Below, piece after piece: positions 1-12,700 of a stretch of DNA of 64,000 bases; within the stretch, counting starts at the first letter, position 1, and the number at the start of each line of letters is the position of its first letter. The notes below the pieces were generated by a model that was not told the origin of the DNA, made no database searches, and saw only the letters and a program-made list of their open reading frames with translations. Location: the NCBI GenBank assembly GCA_030141605.1, contig JAQGDQ010000006.1, positions 868,001 through 932,000 on the forward strand, in the 5' to 3' direction. The DNA comes from Tubiluchus corallicola. Its lineage: Eukaryota; Animalia; Priapulida. The translations under genes and the position numbers were made by a program.

Positions 1-778
1 TTTAAATGTGCATTAAATCAAATATAATCAGATTGTAAGAAAGTTACAAAAAACTAATCCATGCTTTCCTTTGTGTCTCAATTTTTGATTGTTTGGTCAT
101 TGATACTTTGTGATAAACTTTGCTTCCTGTGCCCAAATACATTCATATTTTACTGTAGAGTGTACAGAGCTGACTTGAAATTTCTTCAAGAAACTTGTTA
201 GAAGCAGTGTCTGCTACTATGTATTGTCTTTGATCTCTGGAATGTGATATTTTTTTCTCAGTTTTAATGACAATAAGTGGTGCATGGTACTACACATTGA
301 CCCATTTTTACTGTATCAATCCATCAATCCCTAGGTTTATTTTTTCAATGTGTGAAATGTTGTTACTTGTTATGCATTTACCACACTTAGCTGTGAAGCT
401 GCTTAACTATACAAGACACTGCAATTATAATAAAATTGTTCGTAATATTTCTGTTTTGTCAATATATAAAATGATCATTTAATTTCACACTGAGCTGGAG
501 TGCTTGCATTATCTGCGTCATCTTTAATAGATGAGAGCTAACTTGGTTAAACTTACAGTAGAATGTTTTTCATAATGCTCTTTATAAGACAGTCAGTTGA
601 TTTGTAAGTCGGGATCCGTTGATTGACATTTTTTGGGAATCCCACTTACAAAATTAGCTCATTTCTTTCTCTGTGTGTTTCAATTTAGCTGATTATATTT
701 ATATAGAGAGATAACAGAATATACGCGTACATGTAGTTATCGAGATTGTATAATCTAGTTCAAGTCTGTTTCCTGCAG

Positions 779-3700
779 AATCACCAAAGACGTAAATGAA
801 ATTTTAGACAGCCAGGAAAAGGAGGAAAACAGGCAAAAGCAGCAGCTGCAGGCACAGCAGAAGAAAACACACACTTTTAAGGCAAATGAAGATTTTCTCA
901 GTGATATAAAGGGTAATAATTCTTGAATTATTTTAAATGTGTTGTAGTAAGCACTTAAGTTTCACTTCATTTCTTATCGTCTTTATATAGAACATTTACT
1001 TTGTAGTTGCAAATTGTTGAGCATTCTAAAAACTTTTTGTTGTTTGTTTGTTAATGTTAATGATTATGTCAATGTTTACCTTAGCACATTTAGAGAATGT
1101 ATTGGTCAAAACCTGAGCTATCCAAATTACTTTCTCTTAAGCAAACTGCTTCGTTCTGACTTTGGCTGTTGAGTCTTTTGGTGTGTTTGCCGAGTCATCA
1201 ATCTCTGTAGTTAGCATGGACACGCTTTCATGCATACAACATTGCAATCTCATTAGTGATTATTGGTTATTGGTTAATGCGTTTTTTGGTTTGCTTTTCT
1301 ATATTAGCTGCTTTGTAGTGTGTACAAAAACCTTTCTGACAAAAAATCTCAAAAAATGTCAGATTTGTTTTGTGTACACCTCGCTTGAGCTTGTACTAAA
1401 ATTTTTTTAATAATACAACAGGTTTTTCTGTTATCCTGTTTAGAATTTGTCCGAAACAGTATTGGTAAATAAGCTATTGACATGTCACTTTTCCAGGCTT
1501 AACAAGTGAGGAAAAACTGAGAAGAGCTGCAATGGAGAAAGATAAGGGCAATGAATCATTTAATGCTGGTGATTATGATGAAGCATTGCATTATTACACA
1601 CGAAGTATCAGCCTTTCTCCTCTAGTGGCCTCTTTCAACAACCGTGCCTTAGTCGGTATGCATCCTATAATGTTTTAGCAAGAGATTAGGCAACCAACAA
1701 GATATTATAAGTATCAGCCATGTCACTTATTTAATAGACCGTGGATCTGTTTTGAGCATTAGGTTTTACATTCAACTATTGAATTTGTTCGCAATTTTGT
1801 GCGACGTACTCAGTCTCTACTAAATTAGATATTCAGTTAAATATGATTTTTCATTTACATTATCTTGTTAATCAGTTTTTAGTTACAAACATACAGACCA
1901 AGTATTAATATTTTGTAAAAGTTTGTACATCTTTTACTTTAATTAGTTTCATTTGTTTAATGAGTTGCAGGTTTTGAAAGTGCTTTGCTTGTCAACTACT
2001 TTTGGTTAAAATTTTCTCTCTAAATAAACTTTTTAACACCAAGTTTCAGGTTCTCTAAAAAACATACTAGTGTTTACTTACTTGAATTGAAATGAAATCT
2101 TGCTCATCACTGCACATAGGACTGTAGCGGAAACAAGTGAACATGTACATGTGTTAACTTCTCTTTTCATTATATCATACTGACCAAGAACCTTCCCTGA
2201 GGATCAATCATATTGTTAATTTTTTTAATGCATTCATATTGTTATTTGAATACATGTTTGAATACACTATTTGAATATATATTTTTATGTGAGCATCATT
2301 AGGTTGAGAAAAAGTGTTTTATCTTAATCCATCTATTGTTGTTTCTTTTTTTAGAAATAAAGCTAAACAAGTATGAAAGTGCAATTGCAGATTGTAATAC
2401 TGTCCTCATTATGGAACCAAACAATATTAAAGGTTTGTACATGTTTGGCCAGCCAGTAGTACGGACATGACCAAGTGCGAGTGTGATAGAATGATATGAG
2501 CTTAGTAGACCCGAGGTCTAGGAGAACTGTTCTAATTTATTTGGAGACAGCTAATCACCTAGGAATTCTATGTATTTAACAAAATAAAAAATATGCAGGA
2601 TATCTTGTTTGCGGTAACTTGCTCCAATGGCTTTTGTAAGTGCATCAAAGTACAACGTGTTCATATTATTTTATTTCAGCATTACTCAGGAGAGGCCTGG
2701 CTTATAATGCAGTCAAGATGTACAGTAAAGCCAAATCCGATCTTGAAATGGTGATAGGGATTGAACCCCAAAATAAGCGTGCTCAGGTATGGCAGCTGAC
2801 TAATTGTTGTGAATTCTAATTGATTTAGTACTGTAGATTCTGCATAACCTGAAATATTGCTCAATTTAGGTAAATTCTATGGAGCAGATTTTTCCAATAT
2901 ATTTTCATACTGAAAACAGTTACAGAACTCTGGATTTGGATTATCATGCAATTTAGTAGAAATTGATGGAATGTTTTCGTTCTCAACTAAATATACATGT
3001 CTTGTTCTATTTTATCACGACATGCAAACTGAAAGAACAAGTAGTGTGTGCACAAAACCAGCACGCATCACCGTGGCATATGCAGTGCTTTGTTACAAGC
3101 ACATTGTTGTAGAATGTCGGCATAACAAATTTCCTCAATTGTTAGTGAATTTGGGTGTCCAGAACTATAGATTAAGGTCAAAGTGTTTGTACTGGTATCT
3201 TATCTATTTCCTGTATTTGATTAACAGTCATTTTTAATGTCCCATTCATCTGTGTGCGTCTCTGTCTGTCACCTCAATAATACCAAAACAGATTAAGCTA
3301 TAGTCTTGATGCATGCATGGCTTAACACAAGGATGAGACAAAACTCGAAAACCCTTGAATGTGGTTCAAAATATCAAAGATATTCAAAAATCAAAAATAT
3401 CAAAAATTTCAAAGTAAATTTTTACCCGTAGTAACTATGTGGGTAAGGTGTGCGTGGGTCTGCAGCTGTTTAGAGTACCCTTATGCTAGTTTTTTTGTTG
3501 CTAATATACATGTGTTATATTTTGCTGGTGTATATCTGCTGTTATGACTAGAAGGCAGTTTGGCAGGAAAGTTTAGGCTAATTACATCTTTCCAAGATTT
3601 CAAATGCCAAAAACAGGAACGCTAAGTTGTACCAGCCGCTTATGTTGAGGGAAATAGCCTAACAAAATTTGTGGTCTCTCTAGTAGTAACCTACTTTCAA

Positions 3701-6700
3701 AAACAAATTGCTGCTTGGTACACAATGCCTGTAATTGCACGTGCATGGATTATCATTAAGTTTCCATTTTGAAAATTTAAAGGATATTTAATTTAGAGTA
3801 CCACATACGAGGTGCTTATATAATTGAAATTCATACGTCAGTACCTGTACTTCAGAGATAAAACTTCTTTTTTTTTAGACTTTGCATATTGTGCATGATT
3901 ATGGATTTAGTGATTCCGTTTAGAAGCTAGTTTATGCCATTTAAGCACAAAAACAGTTCAGATTTAAACACAACAGTCAGTGAATGTTACATCAATTAGC
4001 TTTTAATGTTATCAAAGGATGAATTATGCGAATGTTTTATCATTATATATTTTTATCATTTAACAATAAACATAACATAATTTATGCTTTATAAAGTCAA
4101 TACATAACTTTTTTTGTTGTTTTTGTTACTTATTGTTATAAAATATCTTGCACCATTTAGAATTATCAGATACTTAGTACATAAATTTTAAAATTGGTTA
4201 TTGTCATGCATGCGTGGTATGTGTTGATGTGCAATGCTAATTTTTGTATGGAGAAAAGTGTAAGCAAGTTATTGGCTACATTTACAAGTTATTGTAAAAA
4301 TGGTTGCATTTGTAGCTTCACTAAAAGCCAAAGCTGAAAAGCTTAACGGTTTAAAAAACTGGAGCAAAAGATATGCAAGCCAGACTCCAGTGTCTTACTC
4401 AAATTAGATAGTTGTGGTGAGACTGGAACCTGCCTGAGTGGCAGTTATATCTCAGCCACTTTACTTTCCTCCCTGTATGAGGTAAACAGCAAAACTCGGC
4501 CCAGCAGGTGTAACCACCGGGAGCGAGAATCGATGCAGTTTGCCCAGTCACACGCTGACTTGCCTCGGCCATACTTGACTTCTGTAATCTAAGATGTTGC
4601 ACCTGGCATCAAAAAGATTTAGGCAGACTGTTTATTGGACTGGTGTAGCAAAACAAAAATCTTCCAGTAAGCAGTGTTGATGTTTGGCCTGATGTTTTCC
4701 TCAACCCTTGTGAATTATATATGTACACAGCTGAGCTTATCTATAAAACTGCTAAAGATGCACTCTGCAGTACTAGGAAGTCTTGAATTCAAGAGTTGGA
4801 GGACTGCAGCTAAATTTATTTACTTAAACATTGAATGTAGGTTTGTATTTTGGACAAAGGAATTTGAGTCTCTATTCTGTCGTTAAAACTTCGACACTCA
4901 GTGGTTACGTTTGAAGATTTTGGATCATTACTATACAGCAAAACGTTTACTACTGTTAATCGTGAAGAAGAAAAGTTATTTGACAAGGATGGAATGTGAA
5001 CATGTCCAAAGCTTCAAAAATGTGAATGATGTTTTTTGCATTTAACATCTAGTGTAGCTTTGTTAACGTGAATGTTCTCACCCATGTTTTCTTGAATGGA
5101 CCAACAAAAAAGGTGCACTAATTTCCGGTTCCCGAAAAGACATTCAAAATTATCTCTCGTAAATTAATGTTTTATTACTAAATGAGCAGTGGAAATAGCT
5201 TTCTGCACAGTCTTGTTTTATTGAGAAATGCAAGACAATAAAAAATTTTGTGTTCAGTCAAGGTTCAATAAATACTTAAACAATAAATAGCCTATAAAAG
5301 TTATTTTCTGTGTCCATTCGATCAGAATTCTGTTCTATTTTGCGTGAGCAAAATCTTGAACAAATTAACCCCATAACATTTAAAAATTGAGCTGTTTGTT
5401 TTAGTGACGATTTTGCCATTTTCCTTCAGTTACGTGATTAGTACTTGTGTGGAGAATGCAAGAGTTTTTCTCATTTTCTTGTAGCAGTCTATTGCATTTG
5501 GAAATGTATATTTGCTTTTATTGTTAATCAAAATGCTGGCTAGCCCAATAAATTCCCGGCTGTGACTATTAAGCTCAGGCAAGCTTGCTGTTTGCATGTG
5601 GTTAAATCATATTAAAGATGGTGCTTTTTAGTGTAAAAATTTAAAACAACACATTCATATGCTGGAAACAAAAACTTGTGCTGGAAAAAACTAAAAACTA
5701 TGCCTTGTAAAGAAGTGATACATGTATTGCTTGTGCAATTAGATGAGAAATTTATGATCAAGTAATTGCTTGTTTTAACTAAGTTTAAAAACGTGTATGT
5801 ATTCTGCTGTAATTCTTAATTAGGTTGTTCACAAGATTAGGATATGTCTAATATTGTGCATTGATATCAATTGTAGTTAAGCGCAATTTGCAGGAGGTGT
5901 GTTTTATTTTGCATGACGATTTAGCCAATTTAAACGTATTCACAAAGCAATGTTATTTGAGTGAACAGCGCTCACATCTGCTTTAGCACATGTATTTTGC
6001 TGTTTTGCAATTTTTCTCTTGTTATCAGTAATGCCTTGCCGTTCTACTGTTAAAATGACTACTATATTTACTACAGTAGTTACATTTTTCTTTCAGCCGT
6101 AATCATCAACACGTTCTTTAATGAATTGTCACAGTTTTGCTGTGCACTTGCGCACCTACACATTGGCAGTAATATTATAGAAATCTGTGATTCATTAACT
6201 GGATGTCATTTTGTTAATTTTAGGCATTATTAGAAGAAACTGTTTCGGCAAGGCATGCCAGCCTGAGAAGAATTGCAACACTGTTGTTAATTGCTTTGTA
6301 CACAGTTGTTAAAATTGTTCAGCATCCATTTTTATAGCATCAATTATTTGTGTTTTTTCGAAATGCCTTAAGTTATTATTCTTTGCTATGTTTGATATGG
6401 AAAGGGGAAGGAAAAATATTGCTGGAGTTGCTTCTTCAAATTTCTATTCACGATTCTTGCTGCTGGACGACTCAGGATCAAAAATCTACCATTTTTTGTA
6501 TTCTGGCAGTAAAAATGATGAGTATTTTCTCCACACTTACAACTATCAAGTGCAGACTATCAAAGTATGAAAAGTTATCTAACAGTATTTTTGATCATCC
6601 ATGATGCTCATACAAAATAATTGCGAAAGGAACGAGTGCTGTATTCACACTTGCTACAAACACATATTTCCTGTTGAAAATTTTGTTTTGGAATAGCTGA

Positions 6701-9700
6701 GTTGTAAAATAACACTATGTCTATATTATGGAATATGTAGAATTTATTAATTATTAATGCTTAATTAAGTTTATTTAATGAGGCTATTTGTTAAATTATA
6801 TGAAACTTCTAGTAAAAGTTGCTCTATATGACCATAATTAATATTATATTTTTATATATGTTGTATGATAGTTTTGAATTACATTAATATGTTGTTTATA
6901 GGAACTGTTAAGGTACCTTAGTTTGAGTAACAAGTTCTTTGTTTGCTTGAAGTATAAGGCAGATTTTGTCTTTTACCATTAATTCAGTTCAAAACTTTCT
7001 CTTCGATATTTAACAGTGCATTCTTCCTGTATTGAATGAATATCTGCATGTTGTTCACTTATGCTTCCTAGTGCTTCTCCTTTCTTTGTCAACAAATTGA
7101 ACAAATTTGTTGACAAAGCTAGCTCAAGTGGCTAGCTCAAGTTTAGCCACTTTCATTGCTTAATGCCTGTTGTATTTAAAAGAGAACTTCACATTTACAT
7201 TATAGGTATGTAAACGAAAAGCACTAAAATAAAATGGGTGTGTATTATTTTAAAATTGTACAGTCATATTTATTGTTGTTGGTTCTTCTAAACAATCATA
7301 AGTTTTAAACAATAAATACTTAATTTTATGATTATTCTAGTCAGAGCTCATAAGGGATGTACTAAAAAACTGTTCGCTGTACATGTGAGTAAACTAAGCA
7401 ACATTTGGCAAGTGGGAACAACATTTTTGATTATCCATGATACTCGTACAAAAGCTTTTGGAACACTTTAGTGTTGCACACTAGATTAATCCGACATCTT
7501 TATAGTTGTATTACATTGGCTTTTGGAATTGGCACTGCTGCATGTAGTAAGTTCGTGCTTATATTTGTCGTGTTATTACCACAAGACAGTATTCAGAAAT
7601 TTTTACTCGAAAATAATACTTAAAACAACATTGTTTATCACAAAATTTAGATTTCTAGCAACACTTATTTTTTCTGCTATAGTAATAAGTAGTCTTCCAG
7701 TGTATACAGAACTAGATTTTAAAAAAAACAAGATTTTTATTGGTTCTTACGTGAACTTGAATGTCTTATAAAAATGACAATTTGTTTTGCTATTGAAGAA
7801 GTATGCACAGCATGCAGTCAGAATGTTTTTTCTCAAATTGTACTAAAATTCCTTCATTACTGAAGTCTTGTCAACTTTAGTTGACATGTTGTGTTTTGAT
7901 TTTTTACAGCTTGTTGACACAAGATCTTTTTTTACAGCAATTGTTGACACAAGTTCATGTGTCTTTGGGAAAAGATGTAGAGGATGACAGAAGTTCGGAA
8001 CACATAAAGATCAATCCTTCAGCATCACCAGTGCAAGACAACTCAAATGACCAACAGCCTAAAATTCAAGAAATGGGACCAACATTTCTAGATGAGCGAA
8101 AAATCTGTGATGATGAATTAAGTGGCAGCGTTCCTGTTATTTTTGAACACAAGTCGAATTCAAGTGTAATAGAATCAGTTGCACCAAAACCCTCATCTGT
8201 GTCTGATGTACAACATTCAAATTTGCCTTCAAGTCCTTCGCCAAGAGTAATGTTTGAAGAAGTGGTTAGTTTACCTGCACATGACTCTGGAATTGCAAAA
8301 TCTTCAGACAAACATTTAAACAAAAAGATTGGCGAGAATCAAGACATATCTGCAGTAGTAAACGAACCAGAAACTGTAAACGATGTGTCAATGTCTGATC
8401 ATGTTGTCGCAAAGGATGGTATATCCTCAACTGAAGAAAGACCTATTATCGATGCAGAATCTAAAAAAGAGATAACGGAAACTGAAAGCAAAACTGTAGA
8501 AAGCCTTGTTACCTCATTAAAAGAAAAAAGCGAAACCCTGGAAAAAACTATGGAAGATCTGCAAAAAATACAAAAAGAGTTAGCAAATGATTACACTTTG
8601 ACTAATAATGAAGAAGACGACGAAACAGTAATGCATGTTGGATTTGATGGTACTATAATTAATAAATCAACTACGGGTGACTCAAAACAGGATGTTGGTA
8701 ACAGTACACAATCCAGGGAGAATGTTGTTGAATACAGCATTTCGTCTCCTGCTGAAGCAGCAAGAACTTTGGAGACAGAAGCTAGAACCGTTTCGACGAC
8801 ATTACCTGCAGAAAAGAAATCAGTAATGACGACATTACCAGAAGAAAAGAAGTCAATAATGACGACATTACCAGAAGAAAAGAAGTCAGTGGTTTCGGCT
8901 GCCGTCCATGCAGAATTGCCAACAAAAATATTGCATTTAAAGAACAAAGGTGCTGAATATTTTAAAACTGGCCAGTATGAAGCGGCAACCGATGTTTATG
9001 AGAAGGCAATAAATTTATTAGATAAAGGTGAGCAAACTTTTTTCATATATGAATTATCAAGTAGTCTGCCATTTTTAAACTCAAAAGGTTTCAAAGGAAT
9101 AATTTTCTTGGGGCATTTAAAAGGACACAGGTGGATTTTAAATTCTACACAAGTACACAGTGCTTTGGACACACTGGACACACTCATTTGCATCTATAGT
9201 TGTGCATATACTTCTTGCAGAGAACTGTCTGTAGACTGTTTAAATGACTATACATATTTTATGACGATTCACATTGTAAAAACTGCAAAATTCTGTAAAT
9301 TTCTGCAAATCTCTATTACCATACCATTGAGGGCCCTCAACATGAATATATATACATATTCATATATATATATACATCAGGTAGGTGTAATATACTCGAT
9401 CCAGGCACTTGCACGTGTCTTACACACTAACACAGTAGGCTATTGATTTATTACTCGGCTATTGTTGACATCATTTACTCTGGAAGATCTTAATTTTTTA
9501 TGGTTGAAATAAAAGTAATATATAAAATGATGCAATTTTTGGTCTTAGAATGCGCATCAACTTGCACATAAGGTCAACTTGTACACATGCATATACGGTA
9601 ATCGTTTAGAAAATTGCTGGGTACTCTGGAGTACAATTTATATACTATTTTATAAGACTAACTGCAGTAAGCCCTAGTGCTGAATTGATGAAAATTACTG

Positions 9701-12700
9701 TTAACAAATTTGAAAATGCAACTTTCTGTTTCACACTATGAATAGAAGAATGTGTTCAATTCTAAATGTTGCAATGTACATATATTTAGTCTTATTTTGC
9801 CAGAATTGTTGGGGCAGCTTATATTTAACTTCTTAACAGACAAGATTTTACATTTTGTTTTAGAGTCTGGGAATCACAATGCTAACAAGTCAGTGTTGTA
9901 TAGCAACAGAGCTGCTTGCCGTTTAAAAATTGGTGATTGTAAAGGGTGCATTGATGACTGTAATCTTGCATTAGAGCTCGCACCACACTCATTCAAACCT
10001 GTACTACGTAAAGCTTCTGCTTATGAAACTCTAGAAAAGTGAGTGTCTTTTATGCTAGCCAGGTAATGCAGTGGAAAAAATAATAACAAGTAGTGATATA
10101 GGATACTTAACAGAAGACAGAAAGACTAATTCTCGTTTAAAAAGTGCATTTAACAATATGAGCAATATTCGTGACCTACAATAACGTAATAGTACAAATT
10201 AAATAACACATTGTTTTTTCATTGTTGGTGTTAGTAGTAACAACCTTATGTTTACCGACTGTTCCTACACCTGTCGAATGGAGTACTCCTGCCTGGACTT
10301 AGCAGCAAAGTTGTGTTTGATGTTCTTTCCATTTGATCGTCCTTCATGAAAGTACTGGTAAATTTGTAAAGGAGTTCTTACAGAATGTGTTGGCAGCTTG
10401 TATGTTGAGAACCATCAAACACATTTTGTTTAAGGAAGAATTATGTTGAATTTGCTAGTATTACCATTTAATGAGTTATTTCCTATACACACAGGTATAA
10501 AGATGCATATGTGAATTACAGACATGCCTTGTCTATAGATAGTACATCTGCCTCTGCTCTAGAAGGCTCCAGTCGGTAAGTTGTAACTGTAAAGCTATTA
10601 AGCTAATATTCTTCGTTTCTAAAGCTTAAATTTTTTTGTAATTGCTTCTCTGTACATCTTTTTTATTTTAGTTGAATATTTATTACACTTTTAGTTTAGA
10701 AAAGTTTTCATCATTGCAGTTGTACAAAGTTATTAATGGAACAAGAAGGTCCTTGCTGGAGGGAAGCACTTCCCAGAATTCCTAGTGTTCCTGTAAATCT
10801 TTCTGCCTGGGATGGACCACCAAAACAGCATGTTTTTACCTCACATTCCAGTCAGCCCACTGATTACACTGGTACAGGATTTTTTCTGCGTATTTATTTT
10901 TGCTAGTTATTTAGACAAATGTATCTTTAATTACCAAATGAAAGCACTTATGTCTTCAGTTGTTCATTATTAATAAACAGCCTTTATTATTCTTTTATAT
11001 GAAAAATATGTGTTATGGAAATATTTTGCCTGTAAATTACTTTGTCAGTCATTTTCTTTGTAATCAATGTAGTTCAGAATGCTAGTTGATGATTTAGAGC
11101 ATACCACAGATAGTCTTAACATGGATATTTTACAGACATGCCAAAGTTAGAAGATGGAAATTCAGATGATGAAAAAGAAAATCAGACCCCAGAAGAAAGA
11201 TTTGAAGAGATAAAAACCCAGGGAAATCTGTTTGTTCAAAAGGTAGCATTTTCTAGTGTATTTAGGCTCTTGAAGATCATGTTTCTTTAGCAAATTTCTC
11301 TGGTCGTGTCACTTAAGCATGAATAAAATCATATAAAATGCCAGGTGCCTTGCAAGGACAACAATAGAAATAAATTTTTCAAGTTTTTTTCTCTTTTTGT
11401 TAGGGTTCCTATGCTGATGCAATCAACTGCTACACTGAGTGCATATCATTGTTTCCAGGTCAGCCTGTTTCTTATACAAACCGTGCTTTGTGCTACCTAA
11501 AATTAAATCAGGTAAGTTAAATGTTCTTAATTTCTTAGACCCTATTTGCTGTTTAAATGATCTATTTATTTAGTTAGCTACAATATAATTCATTTTATAT
11601 TTAAGGAATTTTTGTAACCTAATTTTAGATTATATGTCAAAAAAATCAAATATTACAGGTGCAATGATCAAACATCAAGTGCAAATATTGTTTCTTAGGA
11701 ATGATTAATTTTAAAGAATTATTTTTTGGGAAGCCTAATTACAATTTTTAGCTATTGCGTATTTGCAGCTGTTCCTTCTTAGACAGCAATAAAGCCTATT
11801 TTTTGGATATGTATCGTACAAAAAACAAACACTATATGGGATTACCAATGTGTAGCTACATAGTGCACCAATTAAGAAGTTAGGATAATCTTTTGAAATC
11901 ACACGTTCAAAAAGTACATTAACTTCTGCTCACTCCTCTTAACTCTTTAACTGTTCCTTAACAAAAAAATATTCAAACATGTTAACTCCTTTCGGTTTCC
12001 CTTTGTTCATAACCAAGTTCTCGTTTTTGGGCTGCTTTGACATGTAGACGTAACAGCATTTTTACCAAAAAAAACATTACAGAAATAGTTTCAGTATTAG
12101 GTGACCACATCATATTAACCAAGTATCTGTGCAGAAAAGTGGAAGCAGAGTCCTAGACCAAAAACCAATAAGAAAAACTAATGACTGAACTTGTTAACCA
12201 CATATGTTGTTCTTGCATTTCTTTTTATGAGTACAAAGTATTATATCTAGTTGTAATGGCACATACCTATTTAGAGCAAAAATAAAAACGCCTTAAGAAA
12301 ATGCTTACAAAGTTGTGTTTCTAACCATATTTGTTTAATAATTTTTTATTATTTCAGGGTGAAAAGGCTCTTCAAGATTGCAGTAAGACTTTAGAACTCC
12401 AGCAAGATAATGTAAAGGCGCTGTTTCGCAGAGCACAAGCACAACGCATGTTGTCACAGTACAAACTTGCCATGCAGGACCTCATCACCTTGCTGAAAAT
12501 TGAACCTAATAATAAAGCTGCCAAGAAAGAAATTGATGCTGTGAAGGATCTTTACAAAATGGTAAACACGTATTTATGATACATTACAATTTGCAAATTC
12601 TTTTAGTGTAGTTTCACATATTTTAGAAAACAACACACAAGAAGAATGACTCTTTCCATTTTATATTTTATTAATTAAACTCACAGTTCACAGCTGCAAT

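Noticed and set aside
8066-9193. Minus-strand ORFs of 85, 118 and 65 aa
   Set aside because: Antisense shadows of the SPAG1 exon with no recognisable motifs.
7881-9446. 521-aa ORF as a standalone gene
   Set aside because: It is the SPAG1 exon 7938-9027 plus read-through into flanking introns; there is a clear donor G|GTGAG at 9027.
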